A DNA stretch of 64,000 nt from an uncultured virus (IMG/VR IMGVR_UViG_3300032038_000056) (lineage: Duplodnaviria > Heunggongvirae > Uroviricota > Caudoviricetes), in the IMG/VR virus record IMGVR_UViG_3300032038_000056; one strand, 5' to 3'. The translations under genes and the position numbers were made by a program. Below the pieces are notes generated by a model. The model was not told where the DNA came from. It searched no databases and saw only the letters and a program-made list of their open reading frames with translations. Below, in pieces: positions 28,667-38,525 of the stretch; position 1 is the first letter of the stretch; each line of letters begins with the position of its first letter.

Positions 28667-30577
28667 TCACTCATCCTCCACTCTGTTTCTTGCTATCATC
28701 ACTATCACCCCAATCAATATCAACAGAGGGATGATGCGGATCAATTTGGAGACACTGCTGTTGTCTGGAACTCTGTCCATATATTCCACGTCCGATATGT
28801 AGAACCAGCCAGGGATGGAGGTGTGGATCGTTGCGCCATCCAGCCCATAGGATAGCCCTGTGATATTCAGATCGCTGAGGTTCAGAACTTCTGTGATAGA
28901 CGTTCCAGAGAATGCATCGTATACGATTGACTTGATATTCGAGGGAATAACAACCCCTGTTACGGTTTCATTATCCTTCAGCGCAACACCGATATTCGAG
29001 ACGGTCATTCCACCCACGGTAACAGGTATTTGAATAATCCCTCCCGAACCTGTATAGTCTAGGAGTATCGCATATCCCGAATCAAGGATACCATACGCCC
29101 ATTCCCCATCTGTGTACTCTCTGTATGTATGGGAGAATTGAGCGGTATACTCCGAGTCCTCTGTGATCGGTATGATTGTCGGTGACCAGCCTGTGAATGT
29201 ATAGACATATTGAACGGACATTGTTCTGGTCGGTGTAGCACCGTTGTAAACGGGTGTTTCACCTTCAGGTACTTTGTCGGTATCCAGCACAGTACCGTCC
29301 CAGTTCAGCCAAGTTACGAGGTACATGGCTGTCGCTGTGAATTGAGCGGTATATTCGGTGTATCCGCTGATCGGCCCGACAGCGGGACTCCACCCAGAGA
29401 ACTCATATGTGAAAGATTCTGTATCCGCTCTTGTCGGTGTCGATCCGTTGTATGTAGGCGTAGTCCCCTCTGGAACGCTAACATCTGTTTCAAGGACAGT
29501 ACCATTCCAATTTCTCCAAATAACTGTGAATAGGCTCGTTGTAGTGAATTGAGCGGTATATTCTGCATCAGTGGTGACTGGTACAACAGTAGGCGACCAT
29601 CCATCAAAACTGTATCTATATTCTAAGGTTTCTGGTCTGGTAGGTGTAGTTCCGTCATACGTGGGCAGAGTTCCTTCTGGCACATTTGAATCTGTTTCCA
29701 GCACCGTTCCATCCCAGTTCTTCCATACTACGGTGTGCAGTGCGAGTTCCGTATATTGTGCCGTGTATGTGACATTTCCTGTAACCGTGTCGATGGCGGG
29801 GTTCCATCCAGAGAAGGTGTATGCGTATTGGGATGTACTCGGTCTCGTGGGTGTATTTCCATTGTATGAGGGGGTGGATCCGTAAGGCACATTCGAATCT
29901 GTTTCCAGACGTGTTCCGTCCCAATTATTCCACGCTACGGTATAGGTGTTTATTGCGAAATAAGCGGTAAGGGATATATTACCTGTGACTGTGAATGTCC
30001 GTGATGCATTGGTGTCCCCGTCGGACCAGTTCGTGAAATGATAACCCGTGTTCGGTGTGGCGGTTATAGTTGCGGTAGATCCGTTATCATATGTTCCACC
30101 ACCAGATACTGTTCCACCACCTGCTGAATAGACCGAGACTGTGGAAGAGGGTGGAGGGAGAATCGTAAGATAGATGATGCGCTCTATGCGCTCATCGTCC
30201 ATTCCCTCACCCTCATAGGCATATAGCAATATTACTTTAACAGTGCCTGTGGAACTACATGTCCCTACCAACCCATGATTTACTTTAGATAACCCATACG
30301 TTCCATCGGGGTCTACAGTCGATACGTAATAATCTTCATATTCACTAGGATCGCCAGCGTTGGTTATGTTAAAGTATGCGCCAACGCGGGTATAGTACGT
30401 TTGCTCATGCCTTACGGCGTTGAAAAACTCATAGGCCGATCCCTCCCACCGCGTCCACGGGTCCGCCTGTGTTCCGCTACCCGATACTGTCGCCGCGTCC
30501 GAATCATCCGAATCGTACATCATAGCGCATCCTATGAACACGATTCCCAATACAAGTATGAATGGCCAATATCTCAT
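28667..30577 (-). CDS. Adhesin-like protein: signal peptide, divergent InlB-B repeat, four ~70-aa WxNWDGT repeats, BspA-like LRR piece, capsid-type C-terminal helix
   Basis: MRYWPF...SDDSDAA leader; VxWxNWDGTxL...PxYxGxTPTR x4; C-terminal LIRIIPLLILIG. Confidence 0.8.
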   Translation of the reverse strand: MRYWPFILVLGIVFIGCAMMYDSDDSDAATVSGSGTQADPWTRWEGSAYEFFNAVRHEQTYYTRVGAYFNITNAGDPSEYEDYYVSTVDPDGTYGLSKVNHGLVGTCSSTGTVKVILLYAYEGEGMDDERIERIIYLTILPPPSSTVSVYSAGGGTVSGGGTYDNGSTATITATPNTGYHFTNWSDGDTNASRTFTVTGNISLTAYFAINTYTVAWNNWDGTRLETDSNVPYGSTPSYNGNTPTRPSTSQYAYTFSGWNPAIDTVTGNVTYTAQYTELALHTVVWKNWDGTVLETDSNVPEGTLPTYDGTTPTRPETLEYRYSFDGWSPTVVPVTTDAEYTAQFTTTSLFTVIWRNWNGTVLETDVSVPEGTTPTYNGSTPTRADTESFTYEFSGWSPAVGPISGYTEYTAQFTATAMYLVTWLNWDGTVLDTDKVPEGETPVYNGATPTRTMSVQYVYTFTGWSPTIIPITEDSEYTAQFSHTYREYTDGEWAYGILDSGYAILLDYTGSGGIIQIPVTVGGMTVSNIGVALKDNETVTGVVIPSNIKSIVYDAFSGTSITEVLNLSDLNITGLSYGLDGATIHTSIPGWFYISDVEYMDRVPDNSSVSKLIRIIPLLILIGVIVMIARNRVEDE

Positions 30578-31206
30578 ATGCTTTGCCTCCACTCCGCACC
30601 TGTGACGCTCTCATCATCTTTCAGAACTATCATATCAAGTTCATATGCGCTGTCGTTCATATTATCATATGCTGTAAAACCCATCAATCCGCCGATGTAA
30701 TAATTCGTAGTCCTTGGGTCATCCATACGGGTATCACTGCCATTTATGAAAGAGGAATACTCTCCATTGGCATCGGGCATCATGGCATAGACGGAGGAAG
30801 GAAAGGTGTATGTGTCAGATCCGTCTGTAATCTGTGTTCTGATGTTGTTTCTCGATATGCTGAAGTTGTTTCCGAGTGTTCCTGATTGTACGCCATTGTT
30901 CTTTCCGATGTACTGGGCAGTGCCATCTTTGACGAATACAGCAAGATTATGATCTGCCCACAGGATTGTATCATCCCACCCAGATTGAGAATCGTCCCCG
31001 CTTATCGTTATTTTACCATTGATTGAAACAGTGATATTCTTACTGCTGTTCGAGTACGCCATCCGTATCCATCCAGCATCATCATTCTCTTCTACTACAT
31101 TTTTGTATGTAACGGAGTACAATGCAGGAACGAGATTCGCTATCAATACGATTCCCACTATTGCGAACACAATCACCATAGCGATGTGTCTTGTCTGATC
31201 TTCCAT
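30574..31206 (-). CDS. Spike-scaffold protein with only the N-terminal capsid-type helix
   Basis: IVGIVLIANLVPAL; ENDDAGWIRM and PDANGEY motifs like the 1-9 kb family; no C-terminal TM. Confidence 0.7.
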   Translation of the reverse strand: MEDQTRHIAMVIVFAIVGIVLIANLVPALYSVTYKNVVEENDDAGWIRMAYSNSSKNITVSINGKITISGDDSQSGWDDTILWADHNLAVFVKDGTAQYIGKNNGVQSGTLGNNFSISRNNIRTQITDGSDTYTFPSSVYAMMPDANGEYSSFINGSDTRMDDPRTTNYYIGGLMGFTAYDNMNDSAYELDMIVLKDDESVTGAEWRQSI

Positions 31207-31242
31207 AGTATAAATAAGGTGGGAAGAGGTTTATTAATATAT

Positions 31243-32526
31243 TTACCAAGGCCACCAATCGGGCGGGTCCAAGGATAGGTCGATATCCAGCCCGTTTATG
31301 AACGCGGTTATGGTTTGTATCAATGCGATTACCGCCACTATTACCAATAGTTTGGGATTGTGAGCAGCCATAGCCAGTAATGTAGAGTACAAGACTACTG
31401 TGATCACCAAGGATGTGAATACCTGCATTATCGGGGACATAGGATAATCATTCATATTGAACATAAACAGATCCAGAAGGGTGTCCCATATCTCTGAGAG
31501 GTTTATCGGATTGCTTGGAGTGGTATATGCGCTCATATCAGTAGTGACTGATGAGACCATAATTGACCACCAGCCGTAGTTGTAACAGTCCTCTATAGAC
31601 CATCCTTGAGAGGTATATGCGGGATTTATCCTGATGTAGATGTTCATGTCGCAGCCATTGAAATTCATCACAAACTTTGCAGTGTTGTTAATAGAATTGA
31701 ATGCAGTGACGATTTCGCTTGCTGTAATGTAATCTACTCCAGAATCACTCCCTGTCAGCACCAACTGCCCGCTGATTCCTGAATTTCCAATGAAGTTATA
31801 CCAGATCAATGACAGGCTTGTGTTCACGGCGTTTGTCCTGATGGCGGATCCGTCTGTACCTCTGATATAGTAGTCAGAAAGAGGCTGGAAGGCATATCTA
31901 TAGCCAGTATATTCATAGTAGAAATATTGGTTGGTACTGCGTTTGAGTGAACTCGTGAAGAAGATATCAGACTGTTGATTGACATCCATCGTTACATATG
32001 TATACAGATCCCCGTCTACCATTCCGTCTTGAGTGACGTTACCCTCTAAGCCAAGGGAATCAAGTGTTTGGCCACCGTGTGTTTGTGATGTAAGACCATA
32101 TCTATACACATGCGATCCGTCTTTTTCATCTTGATATAACACTCTGTATCTTGAATCGTATGTGACTGTAGGGTATTCAGGGTGTTGTTCTTGATACTCT
32201 TCCGAGACATTATATTGACTGGGACTGTAATTGGTAATCAATGATCCATAAAGCCACCCATCATCAGTGTATCTATATGATCCTCCTGTGTAGGGTGTGT
32301 AGATTCCCGTGAGTGTCCACGGCATTTCTGTATTGGATCCCTGTCCTTCCGTGAATGAGAAGTAGGAGTTGGATAAATCCCGTAGTGTATCTTCACTCGC
32401 GTAGGTATTCAGAAAATCACCTGTCCCCATCTCCTTGGGGAAGAACATACCTATCATGACAGGCATGAGGAATATGACGATTATAGCAACGATAATCCAT
32501 CTTTGAATAAAGGTCTGTTCACCCAC
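31243..32526 (-). CDS. Membrane-anchored virion/structural protein (427 aa)
   Basis: N-terminal TM, Tyr/Ser/Thr-rich ectodomain, two C-terminal TMs. Confidence 0.65.
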   Translation of the reverse strand: MGEQTFIQRWIIVAIIVIFLMPVMIGMFFPKEMGTGDFLNTYASEDTLRDLSNSYFSFTEGQGSNTEMPWTLTGIYTPYTGGSYRYTDDGWLYGSLITNYSPSQYNVSEEYQEQHPEYPTVTYDSRYRVLYQDEKDGSHVYRYGLTSQTHGGQTLDSLGLEGNVTQDGMVDGDLYTYVTMDVNQQSDIFFTSSLKRSTNQYFYYEYTGYRYAFQPLSDYYIRGTDGSAIRTNAVNTSLSLIWYNFIGNSGISGQLVLTGSDSGVDYITASEIVTAFNSINNTAKFVMNFNGCDMNIYIRINPAYTSQGWSIEDCYNYGWWSIMVSSVTTDMSAYTTPSNPINLSEIWDTLLDLFMFNMNDYPMSPIMQVFTSLVITVVLYSTLLAMAAHNPKLLVIVAVIALIQTITAFINGLDIDLSLDPPDWWPW

Positions 32527-32535
32527 TATCTCACC

Positions 32536-32808
32536 TCAGTCTCTTCCCGATATGGTCTTTCCAGCAACCATCGCAAGTCCTACGACAATAACTATGATCA
32601 TTACAATCAGCAAATCTCCATTAAGGACACCAAGTGATGCAAAGGCCAACGTTATCGGTATGGATATGACCATCACAGCCGTAAGATTCCTTGTGATAGC
32701 AAATGCAAAGATGAGGAATACGGCATAAAGTATAAGCCCCGCGATTTGCATATTATTATCAAAAAAAGTTTCCGCCAAGATCTCTTGAACCATTGAAAGG
32801 GTTATCAT
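32536..32808 (-). CDS. Small multi-TM protein, probable minor virion component
   Basis: 90 aa, mostly hydrophobic. Confidence 0.65.
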   Translation of the reverse strand: MITLSMVQEILAETFFDNNMQIAGLILYAVFLIFAFAITRNLTAVMVISIPITLAFASLGVLNGDLLIVMIIVIVVGLAMVAGKTISGRD

Positions 32809-34832
32809 GTTGTACCTCCAATCACAATCAGTATGATTTCGCTAACGATCAATACGGCAATGCTCATCATATCAGCATATCCCATTTTGTATATTAAAAA
32901 ACCACCCAATAGTATGAACCCTGCCATAAATATAACGATGAGGTTCAAATTGAAAGCATATGCTGGATTCCAATCCCTTTCGGTAACTGTCTTCCTGACA
33001 ATTTCATAAAATCCAGCACTGAAATACCATGTTCCAGCAAGAGATATGCTTGTATTTGACTCAAGGATCTGTGAACTCCCTTTGTCTGTTGAAAGGGTAA
33101 TCTGCCACTGGTTCTCCCCTATGTTTTCATAGAATATCTGTAGGTCAGGGATCGCTAACGTATTGCCGTTTACAGTTATCGTACCGTCCGTAATCGGGAA
33201 TGTAGAATTGCCCAACGTTATTGACGTGCCTATTGTTGCGACCTTTGAGAGTGAAACCATAAACTTAGGGTAGTTTGGCCAGAAGTCTGTTATAGTGATA
33301 TGGGGGTTGATCATCACTACCCCATATGTATTGAAGAATACCGTCGTGTTGGTTACTTGGAATTTGAAGGAATTATTTGCAGACCATGTAATTGTATTCA
33401 GACTGCCTTTTGTAATCTGGCCGATTAATACGGATGTTTCGGAAAGTGCATAATTGTTAAAATTATTCCATGCGGTTATCGGAATTACGGTCATTTCACC
33501 ATTTATGTTATCTATGTTTAATTGTATCTGTGGCCATGTTCCAATATCTATAGGTGTCCCTCCATTCAAAGAGACATATGTCCTTCCAGAGATTCTGCTG
33601 ACTGTGAATGTATCAGTAGCACTTGATCCATAGTATCTTATAACGCCTGTATCCTCACAATCCCCATTATCTGTAAAGGTCATACTGGACTGATCCCATA
33701 CAGAGAATACGATACTAGTCACACCATTCTGTTGGCCATTATTCCAGACAACTTCCTCTGAATTTCTTACGCTGACCCCATAACGAGTGTCGATGTAGTC
33801 TGTGATGGTTTCGGCGAAATAATTTACTGCAAAGTGAGGGGTATCCACACCAAGCGATTCCGTTGTTCTCCATACGCTGTCCGTATATCCATTTTCTTCA
33901 CCCCATCCTGTTGCGTCTCTGCCTAAACTTATCGTCGCAAGCGGTGTGCCGTACACCACCTTGTAATTAGTGGGGTTCACCCCAGAATAGATAGGTACGT
34001 CATTCACTGAAATAGTGCATGTATTTTTGGAAGGAGTGTATAGAATTTCTGTATTGAACTCAGAATCCTCTCCCATTGAGTATATCGTATCATATGAATA
34101 CCATGATGAGGGGTATTGGGAGGGAGATGCATTTGAGGGGATGATCATAATGTTATTTGATAAGTAATACGTAACTGTAGTACGTGTATCATGATTGTAT
34201 GGGTATTCAATATCTTTTGAAAGGATTGTGGCGGGTATGTTTATTTGTACTGTTGCGGGGGTAGTCCCTAATACAGTAGTTCCATCAGTTACGCATTCAG
34301 TAAGGATGGAGGACAAATTTTTCATATAGGTAACAGGGCCACCGAAGATAAATTCAGCCGTTCCTGGGCTTCCGACGTATGACGACTCGATGTATAAGGG
34401 CATATTTGGTTCGCTAGGGTCATAGTAACTGTAATTCTCGCTTATTGCGTTCCATCCTGGATAACGCGCCAGTGATGTAAATTCAGTAGCACTTGTCGCA
34501 AAAGAAGAAGGCCCTATAAGGGTGGGGCTTGTTGCTTGATCCAATTTATGACTTATAGGATAGTTGTTGGTATATCCCACACTTTTAAAAGTGATCGGAT
34601 ATTGGTTTGTAACCGTGTTGTTTGTATACCCGTTATAATTCTTGGAGGGGCTGTAATCAGAATAGGACTTTTCTCTGTCCGCTGTGAATCCTCCTGTAAT
34701 GTCCGCAACGTATTCTGGCAACTCTTTAGTAACATCCTTCGATTCAATGTTTGTCACTACACACAGCATTACGGATGAGATCAATGCAAGAACTACTACA
34801 ACGACTCCTGCCATACCTCTGTCGAATCCCAT
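32805..34832 (-). CDS. Large membrane-anchored virion/adsorption protein (675 aa)
   Basis: N-terminal TM, N/T/S-rich beta ectodomain with many NxS/T sequons, two C-terminal TMs; downstream of MCP genes. Confidence 0.65.
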   Translation of the reverse strand: MGFDRGMAGVVVVVLALISSVMLCVVTNIESKDVTKELPEYVADITGGFTADREKSYSDYSPSKNYNGYTNNTVTNQYPITFKSVGYTNNYPISHKLDQATSPTLIGPSSFATSATEFTSLARYPGWNAISENYSYYDPSEPNMPLYIESSYVGSPGTAEFIFGGPVTYMKNLSSILTECVTDGTTVLGTTPATVQINIPATILSKDIEYPYNHDTRTTVTYYLSNNIMIIPSNASPSQYPSSWYSYDTIYSMGEDSEFNTEILYTPSKNTCTISVNDVPIYSGVNPTNYKVVYGTPLATISLGRDATGWGEENGYTDSVWRTTESLGVDTPHFAVNYFAETITDYIDTRYGVSVRNSEEVVWNNGQQNGVTSIVFSVWDQSSMTFTDNGDCEDTGVIRYYGSSATDTFTVSRISGRTYVSLNGGTPIDIGTWPQIQLNIDNINGEMTVIPITAWNNFNNYALSETSVLIGQITKGSLNTITWSANNSFKFQVTNTTVFFNTYGVVMINPHITITDFWPNYPKFMVSLSKVATIGTSITLGNSTFPITDGTITVNGNTLAIPDLQIFYENIGENQWQITLSTDKGSSQILESNTSISLAGTWYFSAGFYEIVRKTVTERDWNPAYAFNLNLIVIFMAGFILLGGFLIYKMGYADMMSIAVLIVSEIILIVIGGTT

Positions 34833-34910
34833 ACGGTTGTAATCCGCCTAGAAATATATTAATATTATTTATTTTAAAAATAGGATTCTCTACTTGAGGA
34901 AGGGGTTTAC

Positions 34911-34924
34911 GGGGGTATACCCCC
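34911..34924. terminator. Palindrome/hairpin downstream of MCP copy 2
   Basis: gggggtataccccc followed on minus strand by AAACCCCTT. Confidence 0.45.
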
Positions 34925-34935
34925 CATATTCGCGC

Positions 34936-35145
34936 TTAGTTCTTCTTGACGAAGAGTGCAATCACCGCGATAATGATTCCGACAATGACAAGAAGCGGAA
35001 TGATGTTCAGCATCGCGTTGATAGAATCAGCGTTCGCAATTCCAGTGACCTGGTTGCTGGCGATGATAGGGACAAGCACGCTGACTGCAATCAGAACCAC
35101 AACGACGATTGCGATAACGGATCCAGTGAACTTTGAAACATCCAT
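34936..35145 (-). CDS. Major capsid protein, spindle-shaped-virus (VP1-like) two-helix type, copy 2
   Basis: MDVSKFTGSVIAIVVVVLIAVSVLVPIIASNQ...INAMLNIIPLLVIVGIIIAVIALFVKKN; resembles recalled SSV1 VP1 LIGIVLLPVI...ATLLNLVPLF. Confidence 0.8.
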   Translation of the reverse strand: MDVSKFTGSVIAIVVVVLIAVSVLVPIIASNQVTGIANADSINAMLNIIPLLVIVGIIIAVIALFVKKN

Positions 35146-35170
35146 TTCTATCTCTCCTGATACATTTTTG

Positions 35171-35192
35171 CCAAGGGGTGTTACCCCCTTGG
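35171..35192. terminator. 8-bp stem hairpin between the two MCP genes
   Basis: ccaagggg-tgttac-ccccttgg. Confidence 0.45.
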
Positions 35193-35214
35193 GCTTTCGT
35201 TCGACAAACTGGGC

Positions 35215-35442
35215 TTAGTTCCTCTTGCTGATGAAGAGTGCGATGACTGCGATGATGATACCAACCACTACGAGGAGCGGGATGATGTTCAGCATCGCGT
35301 TGATCGATGCAGCGTTCGCAATAGAACCCTCTCCCGTAGTGGGGACCTGGTTGCTTGCGATGATCGGAACGAGGACAGTAACTCCGATGATGACAACGAC
35401 AACAACGGAAATGACTGCGCCCGTAAACTTCTGTACGTCCAT
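35215..35442 (-). CDS. Major capsid protein, spindle-shaped-virus (VP1-like) two-helix type, copy 1
   Basis: 75 aa close paralog of 34936-35145; strong GGAGGTG RBS; C-ending codon bias suggesting high expression. Confidence 0.8.
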   Translation of the reverse strand: MDVQKFTGAVISVVVVVIIGVTVLVPIIASNQVPTTGEGSIANAASINAMLNIIPLLVVVGIIIAVIALFISKRN

Positions 35443-35468
35443 TACCTTTACACCTCCTTTTCAGTATA

Positions 35469-35711
35469 TCAATCTCTATCACGCAACATCTTGATTATGG
35501 ATATAATCAGAGAAATAATCACGATGGTGACCACAACGGAAAGCAGACCCTGAAGGGCCGTTGCTCCGCCGAAGACATCATATGCATTTCCTGTAATATC
35601 CCCAACCGTTTCAGCCGCAATAGGAAGGAAAGCCCTAACAATCAAAATTAACCCAATCAGAGCCGCGATTATGACTCCGATTATCTTGTCAATCTGACTA
35701 TCGCCATCCAT
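35469..35711 (-). CDS. Minor capsid protein (divergent hairpin, VP3-like)
   Basis: LIGLILIVRAFLPIA...LQGLLSVVVTIVIISLII. Confidence 0.65.
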   Translation of the reverse strand: MDGDSQIDKIIGVIIAALIGLILIVRAFLPIAAETVGDITGNAYDVFGGATALQGLLSVVVTIVIISLIISIIKMLRDRD

Positions 35712-35831
35712 AGTAGATAATCATAATATGTTTTATTTAAGACATTTTATTGTAAATACGTTTGTATGTTAGCATAAATGTATTTATTTTGGACTGAAAA
35801 AGAATAAAAAATAAGGGGTTTGTAGATTTTT

Positions 35832-36278
35832 TCACATCTTTTTGACTTTTCTGTACTGAGTGACCGCTTTGACGATGTTCTTCTTGGTGAAACCCCCTTC
35901 TCCCTCAAGATCGGTGTACTTCGCACCCTTGTCGTCGGTCTTGTTGAGGTACACGTCCTTCTCTTCCTCGGTGAGCATTTGGAACAGGCGGTCGCGTCCT
36001 CCCTCGTTCTGAAGATCCTTCAGAATAGCGGGGTCGCACAATATGAACTCAAGATGTATCTGAGGGTTCTTGTAATCTATATCGTGCCAATCATCGACCC
36101 CGCATTCCTCCATCCAGCGGGGCATGAACTTCGCTCTGGCGCGGTTCGCTATCTCTTGGTTCTTCGCATCGTCGATATCATGGAACATCTCTTTGGCCCG
36201 TTTGAACCATTCCCTATGGGACACGTGCGTTCCTTCGATACCGCTCTCTTCCAATTTCTGTCTGTGTTTCTTTCCCAT
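35832..36278 (-). CDS. Hypothetical charged protein
   Basis: 148 aa, last gene of ATPase operon. Confidence 0.65.
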   Translation of the reverse strand: MGKKHRQKLEESGIEGTHVSHREWFKRAKEMFHDIDDAKNQEIANRARAKFMPRWMEECGVDDWHDIDYKNPQIHLEFILCDPAILKDLQNEGGRDRLFQMLTEEEKDVYLNKTDDKGAKYTDLEGEGGFTKKNIVKAVTQYRKVKKM

Positions 36279-36279
36279 T

Positions 36280-36696
36280 TCAACTCATCCCTGACATCAC
36301 TACATATACCACTATGACCGCAATCACTCCTACGATGAGGGCTGCGCTTAGTTTCTTCTTGTCCAGAAGTCCCTGCAGACCGTCCCATTTCAGAGCGAGT
36401 GCGTCATTGATCGCATTGGACTCCAACCACAGGTTGAGGTCTATCGCACTGAATCCGTAATCCGATGTGTTATAGTGCTTCTCGACACCGACCTCATCTA
36501 TTGCGAACTCGTTGTGTTTCCCGTCTATCCTTACCGCTTCGACTGGCAGTTCCCTTCTGGTGGTCTCTTCGACCACTATCTTGTACCCGCCCGTTTCCTC
36601 ATCTCTCTGGATATGTTTCAGGAGAACGACGTTCTTGAAGGCCATCCTCCACCATCTTCCGAGTTTCTGTGTGAACTTAGGTTTCTCCAACGGCAT
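36280..36696 (-). CDS. C-terminally anchored membrane protein
   Basis: 138 aa, C-terminal TM. Confidence 0.65.
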   Translation of the reverse strand: MPLEKPKFTQKLGRWWRMAFKNVVLLKHIQRDEETGGYKIVVEETTRRELPVEAVRIDGKHNEFAIDEVGVEKHYNTSDYGFSAIDLNLWLESNAINDALALKWDGLQGLLDKKKLSAALIVGVIAVIVVYVVMSGMS

Positions 36697-36699
36697 ATC

Positions 36700-37125
36700 T
36701 TACAACCCCAGATTTGGTGCTAGGAAAGCGTAGATCAATACTGCTCCCACGACTATTCCTGTGATTCCTACTTTGCTGTATAGCCACGACCATGCGTTAC
36801 CGAGCGTGCTTGAGAACCAGATCTTAGGTTTACCCAGCACGCCGTGCGAACGCATCATCTTGTGTCTGTCTACATCCGACAGCAGTCTGTCCATCGAATA
36901 ATCCAGACCCATCGTATCGTAGGGAACGACATCATTCTCTCTGAATATGATACCCGATTCAGACGCAACTTCCAGACCGTCGTAGTCGAAGATCCTCACC
37001 CTCGACATGGCGTTAGGGAATATACGGTACAGTTGATTCCTTGTCTTGAAGAAATGCAGTCCGACCTGTCTTTTGTTCGGTACGCATATCTCCACACGAT
37101 TCTCGCCAGTGATTATGACCATCAT
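36700..37125 (-). CDS. C-terminally anchored membrane protein
   Basis: 141 aa, C-terminal TM. Confidence 0.65.
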   Translation of the reverse strand: MMVIITGENRVEICVPNKRQVGLHFFKTRNQLYRIFPNAMSRVRIFDYDGLEVASESGIIFRENDVVPYDTMGLDYSMDRLLSDVDRHKMMRSHGVLGKPKIWFSSTLGNAWSWLYSKVGITGIVVGAVLIYAFLAPNLGL

Positions 37126-37430
37126 ACTATCCTCTCTCCGAGTTCTTCTTTTTCATAGGGGGTAGGCTCTTTCCAGATCCTCCACTCGTCTGCGAAATGG
37201 TTGAGTAGGAATATCGGCAGCATCACGGCAAATGCCATATAGACTCCCGCACCCATCGGATCCTCATATTCTGGGTATGCGGACAGTATGTATGCGATGA
37301 TAAGGCATCCTAGTGTCGCCATAGCATAAAATACTATATAGAGGGCATACCTCTTCCATATCTTATCGCGTGCCTCTTTTCTTTTGCACGCTTCTATCTC
37401 AGTCAATATCAATTCTCTTGCATATCTCAT
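37122..37430 (-). CDS. 2-TM membrane protein, paralog of 37427-37735
   Basis: ILTEIEACKR ... PTPYEKEELGERIV. Confidence 0.65.
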   Translation of the reverse strand: MRYARELILTEIEACKRKEARDKIWKRYALYIVFYAMATLGCLIIAYILSAYPEYEDPMGAGVYMAFAVMLPIFLLNHFADEWRIWKEPTPYEKEELGERIV

Positions 37431-37735
37431 ATTATCCTGTCTCCGAGTTCAGCCATCTCTCCTGGCGTAGGGGGACTCCACGGACCGATGTCCAGATCTC
37501 TCATACATATTGCTATCACAGGTATCATTATGCCCATTAACGCCATAGGATCCGAGGAGTCGGCCAGAGTCCATATCCCTATCTCTATGAGTGCGAAGAG
37601 CACCCATGCAATAGCCGTGATAACACCTAATACGATACAATATTTTTTCCAATATTCTTCCTTTTCCTTGTAGATCTCTACGCGCTTGGACGCTTCGATC
37701 TCAGTCAGAATATACATCCTGCTCTTCAGCATCAT
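37427..37735 (-). CDS. 2-TM membrane protein, paralog of 37122-37430
   Basis: ILTEIEASKR ... PTPGEMAELGDRII. Confidence 0.65.
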   Translation of the reverse strand: MMLKSRMYILTEIEASKRVEIYKEKEEYWKKYCIVLGVITAIAWVLFALIEIGIWTLADSSDPMALMGIMIPVIAICMRDLDIGPWSPPTPGEMAELGDRII

Positions 37736-38525
37736 CTTCCTCCTTATCGGATTTCTTGTCTTTCTTTTTGCCACCAGGGGTCTCGCCCTTGATGAAGTCC
37801 ATAATCAGTTCGTCCTGTTTGCTGAACTTGAGTTTTTGGTACTCCTCATTCCAATCCTTCTCCAGAGGGGGGTACACGCCAGCCGCGAACAGATACCAGT
37901 ACGGCTCATTCGATCTGGAATACTCGGAACGTTTCGCAACCGAGAACTCAAGGAATCCCCTTTTGGGAAGACCTTTGATCGGTGCTTTATCAGGGCATCT
38001 CAGTTTGTAATCGACATGTGTGGACCTTACCGCTTTGTTCAAGTCGAAGATGCTTGGCACACAGAGGATTGTCGTCCACCCCCTTGACCTCATCGTATTG
38101 AACAGGATCAGCATATTCTTGTCGTCGGAACGCATCGAATTGCGTGAGTTCAGCGATACTACAGCCTCGTCGAATAGGGATATCGGCGACACCTCTTCTC
38201 CTTTGTTCGCACGGTCGAGTTTCCTTTTCAGATCCTCCAGCGAGTAGATGTAGTTGTCAGTGATACTCCATTTGGGATCTATCGTCTTAGCCAGCCTTAT
38301 GGCAGCCGAGGACTTTCCTGAACCTGTCCCTCCCTCTATGACGATGACGTTCTGATACCCGTCCTTGACACGTGTCTTCAGTTCTTTCACGAACAGGTCC
38401 AGCGTGTCGGAGCATACCAGAATCGTCATGGTATGTTTCTTGTACCAGCCGATGACGTGCTGGCGTTTTCCTTTCCATCTGGGATTGTAATAAGGCTTAC
38501 CAGGATATAGTTTCCGTCTCCCCAT
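37701..38525 (-). CDS. P-loop ATPase, candidate genome packaging/virion extrusion ATPase
   Basis: Walker A GGTGSGKS, Walker B SLFDEA; located in virion morphogenesis operon. Confidence 0.8.
   Translation of the reverse strand: MGRRKLYPGKPYYNPRWKGKRQHVIGWYKKHTMTILVCSDTLDLFVKELKTRVKDGYQNVIVIEGGTGSGKSSAAIRLAKTIDPKWSITDNYIYSLEDLKRKLDRANKGEEVSPISLFDEAVVSLNSRNSMRSDDKNMLILFNTMRSRGWTTILCVPSIFDLNKAVRSTHVDYKLRCPDKAPIKGLPKRGFLEFSVAKRSEYSRSNEPYWYLFAAGVYPPLEKDWNEEYQKLKFSKQDELIMDFIKGETPGGKKKDKKSDKEEDDAEEQDVYSD

Noticed and set aside
34936..35711. Type IV pilin/archaellin
   Set aside because: No class III signal peptide cleavage motif; two hydrophobic helices with internal prolines fit a VP1-like hairpin better (conjugative pilin not fully excluded)
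37701..38525. Terminase large subunit or VirB4
   Set aside because: Only 274 aa with no nuclease domain; no portal, relaxase or coupling protein nearby
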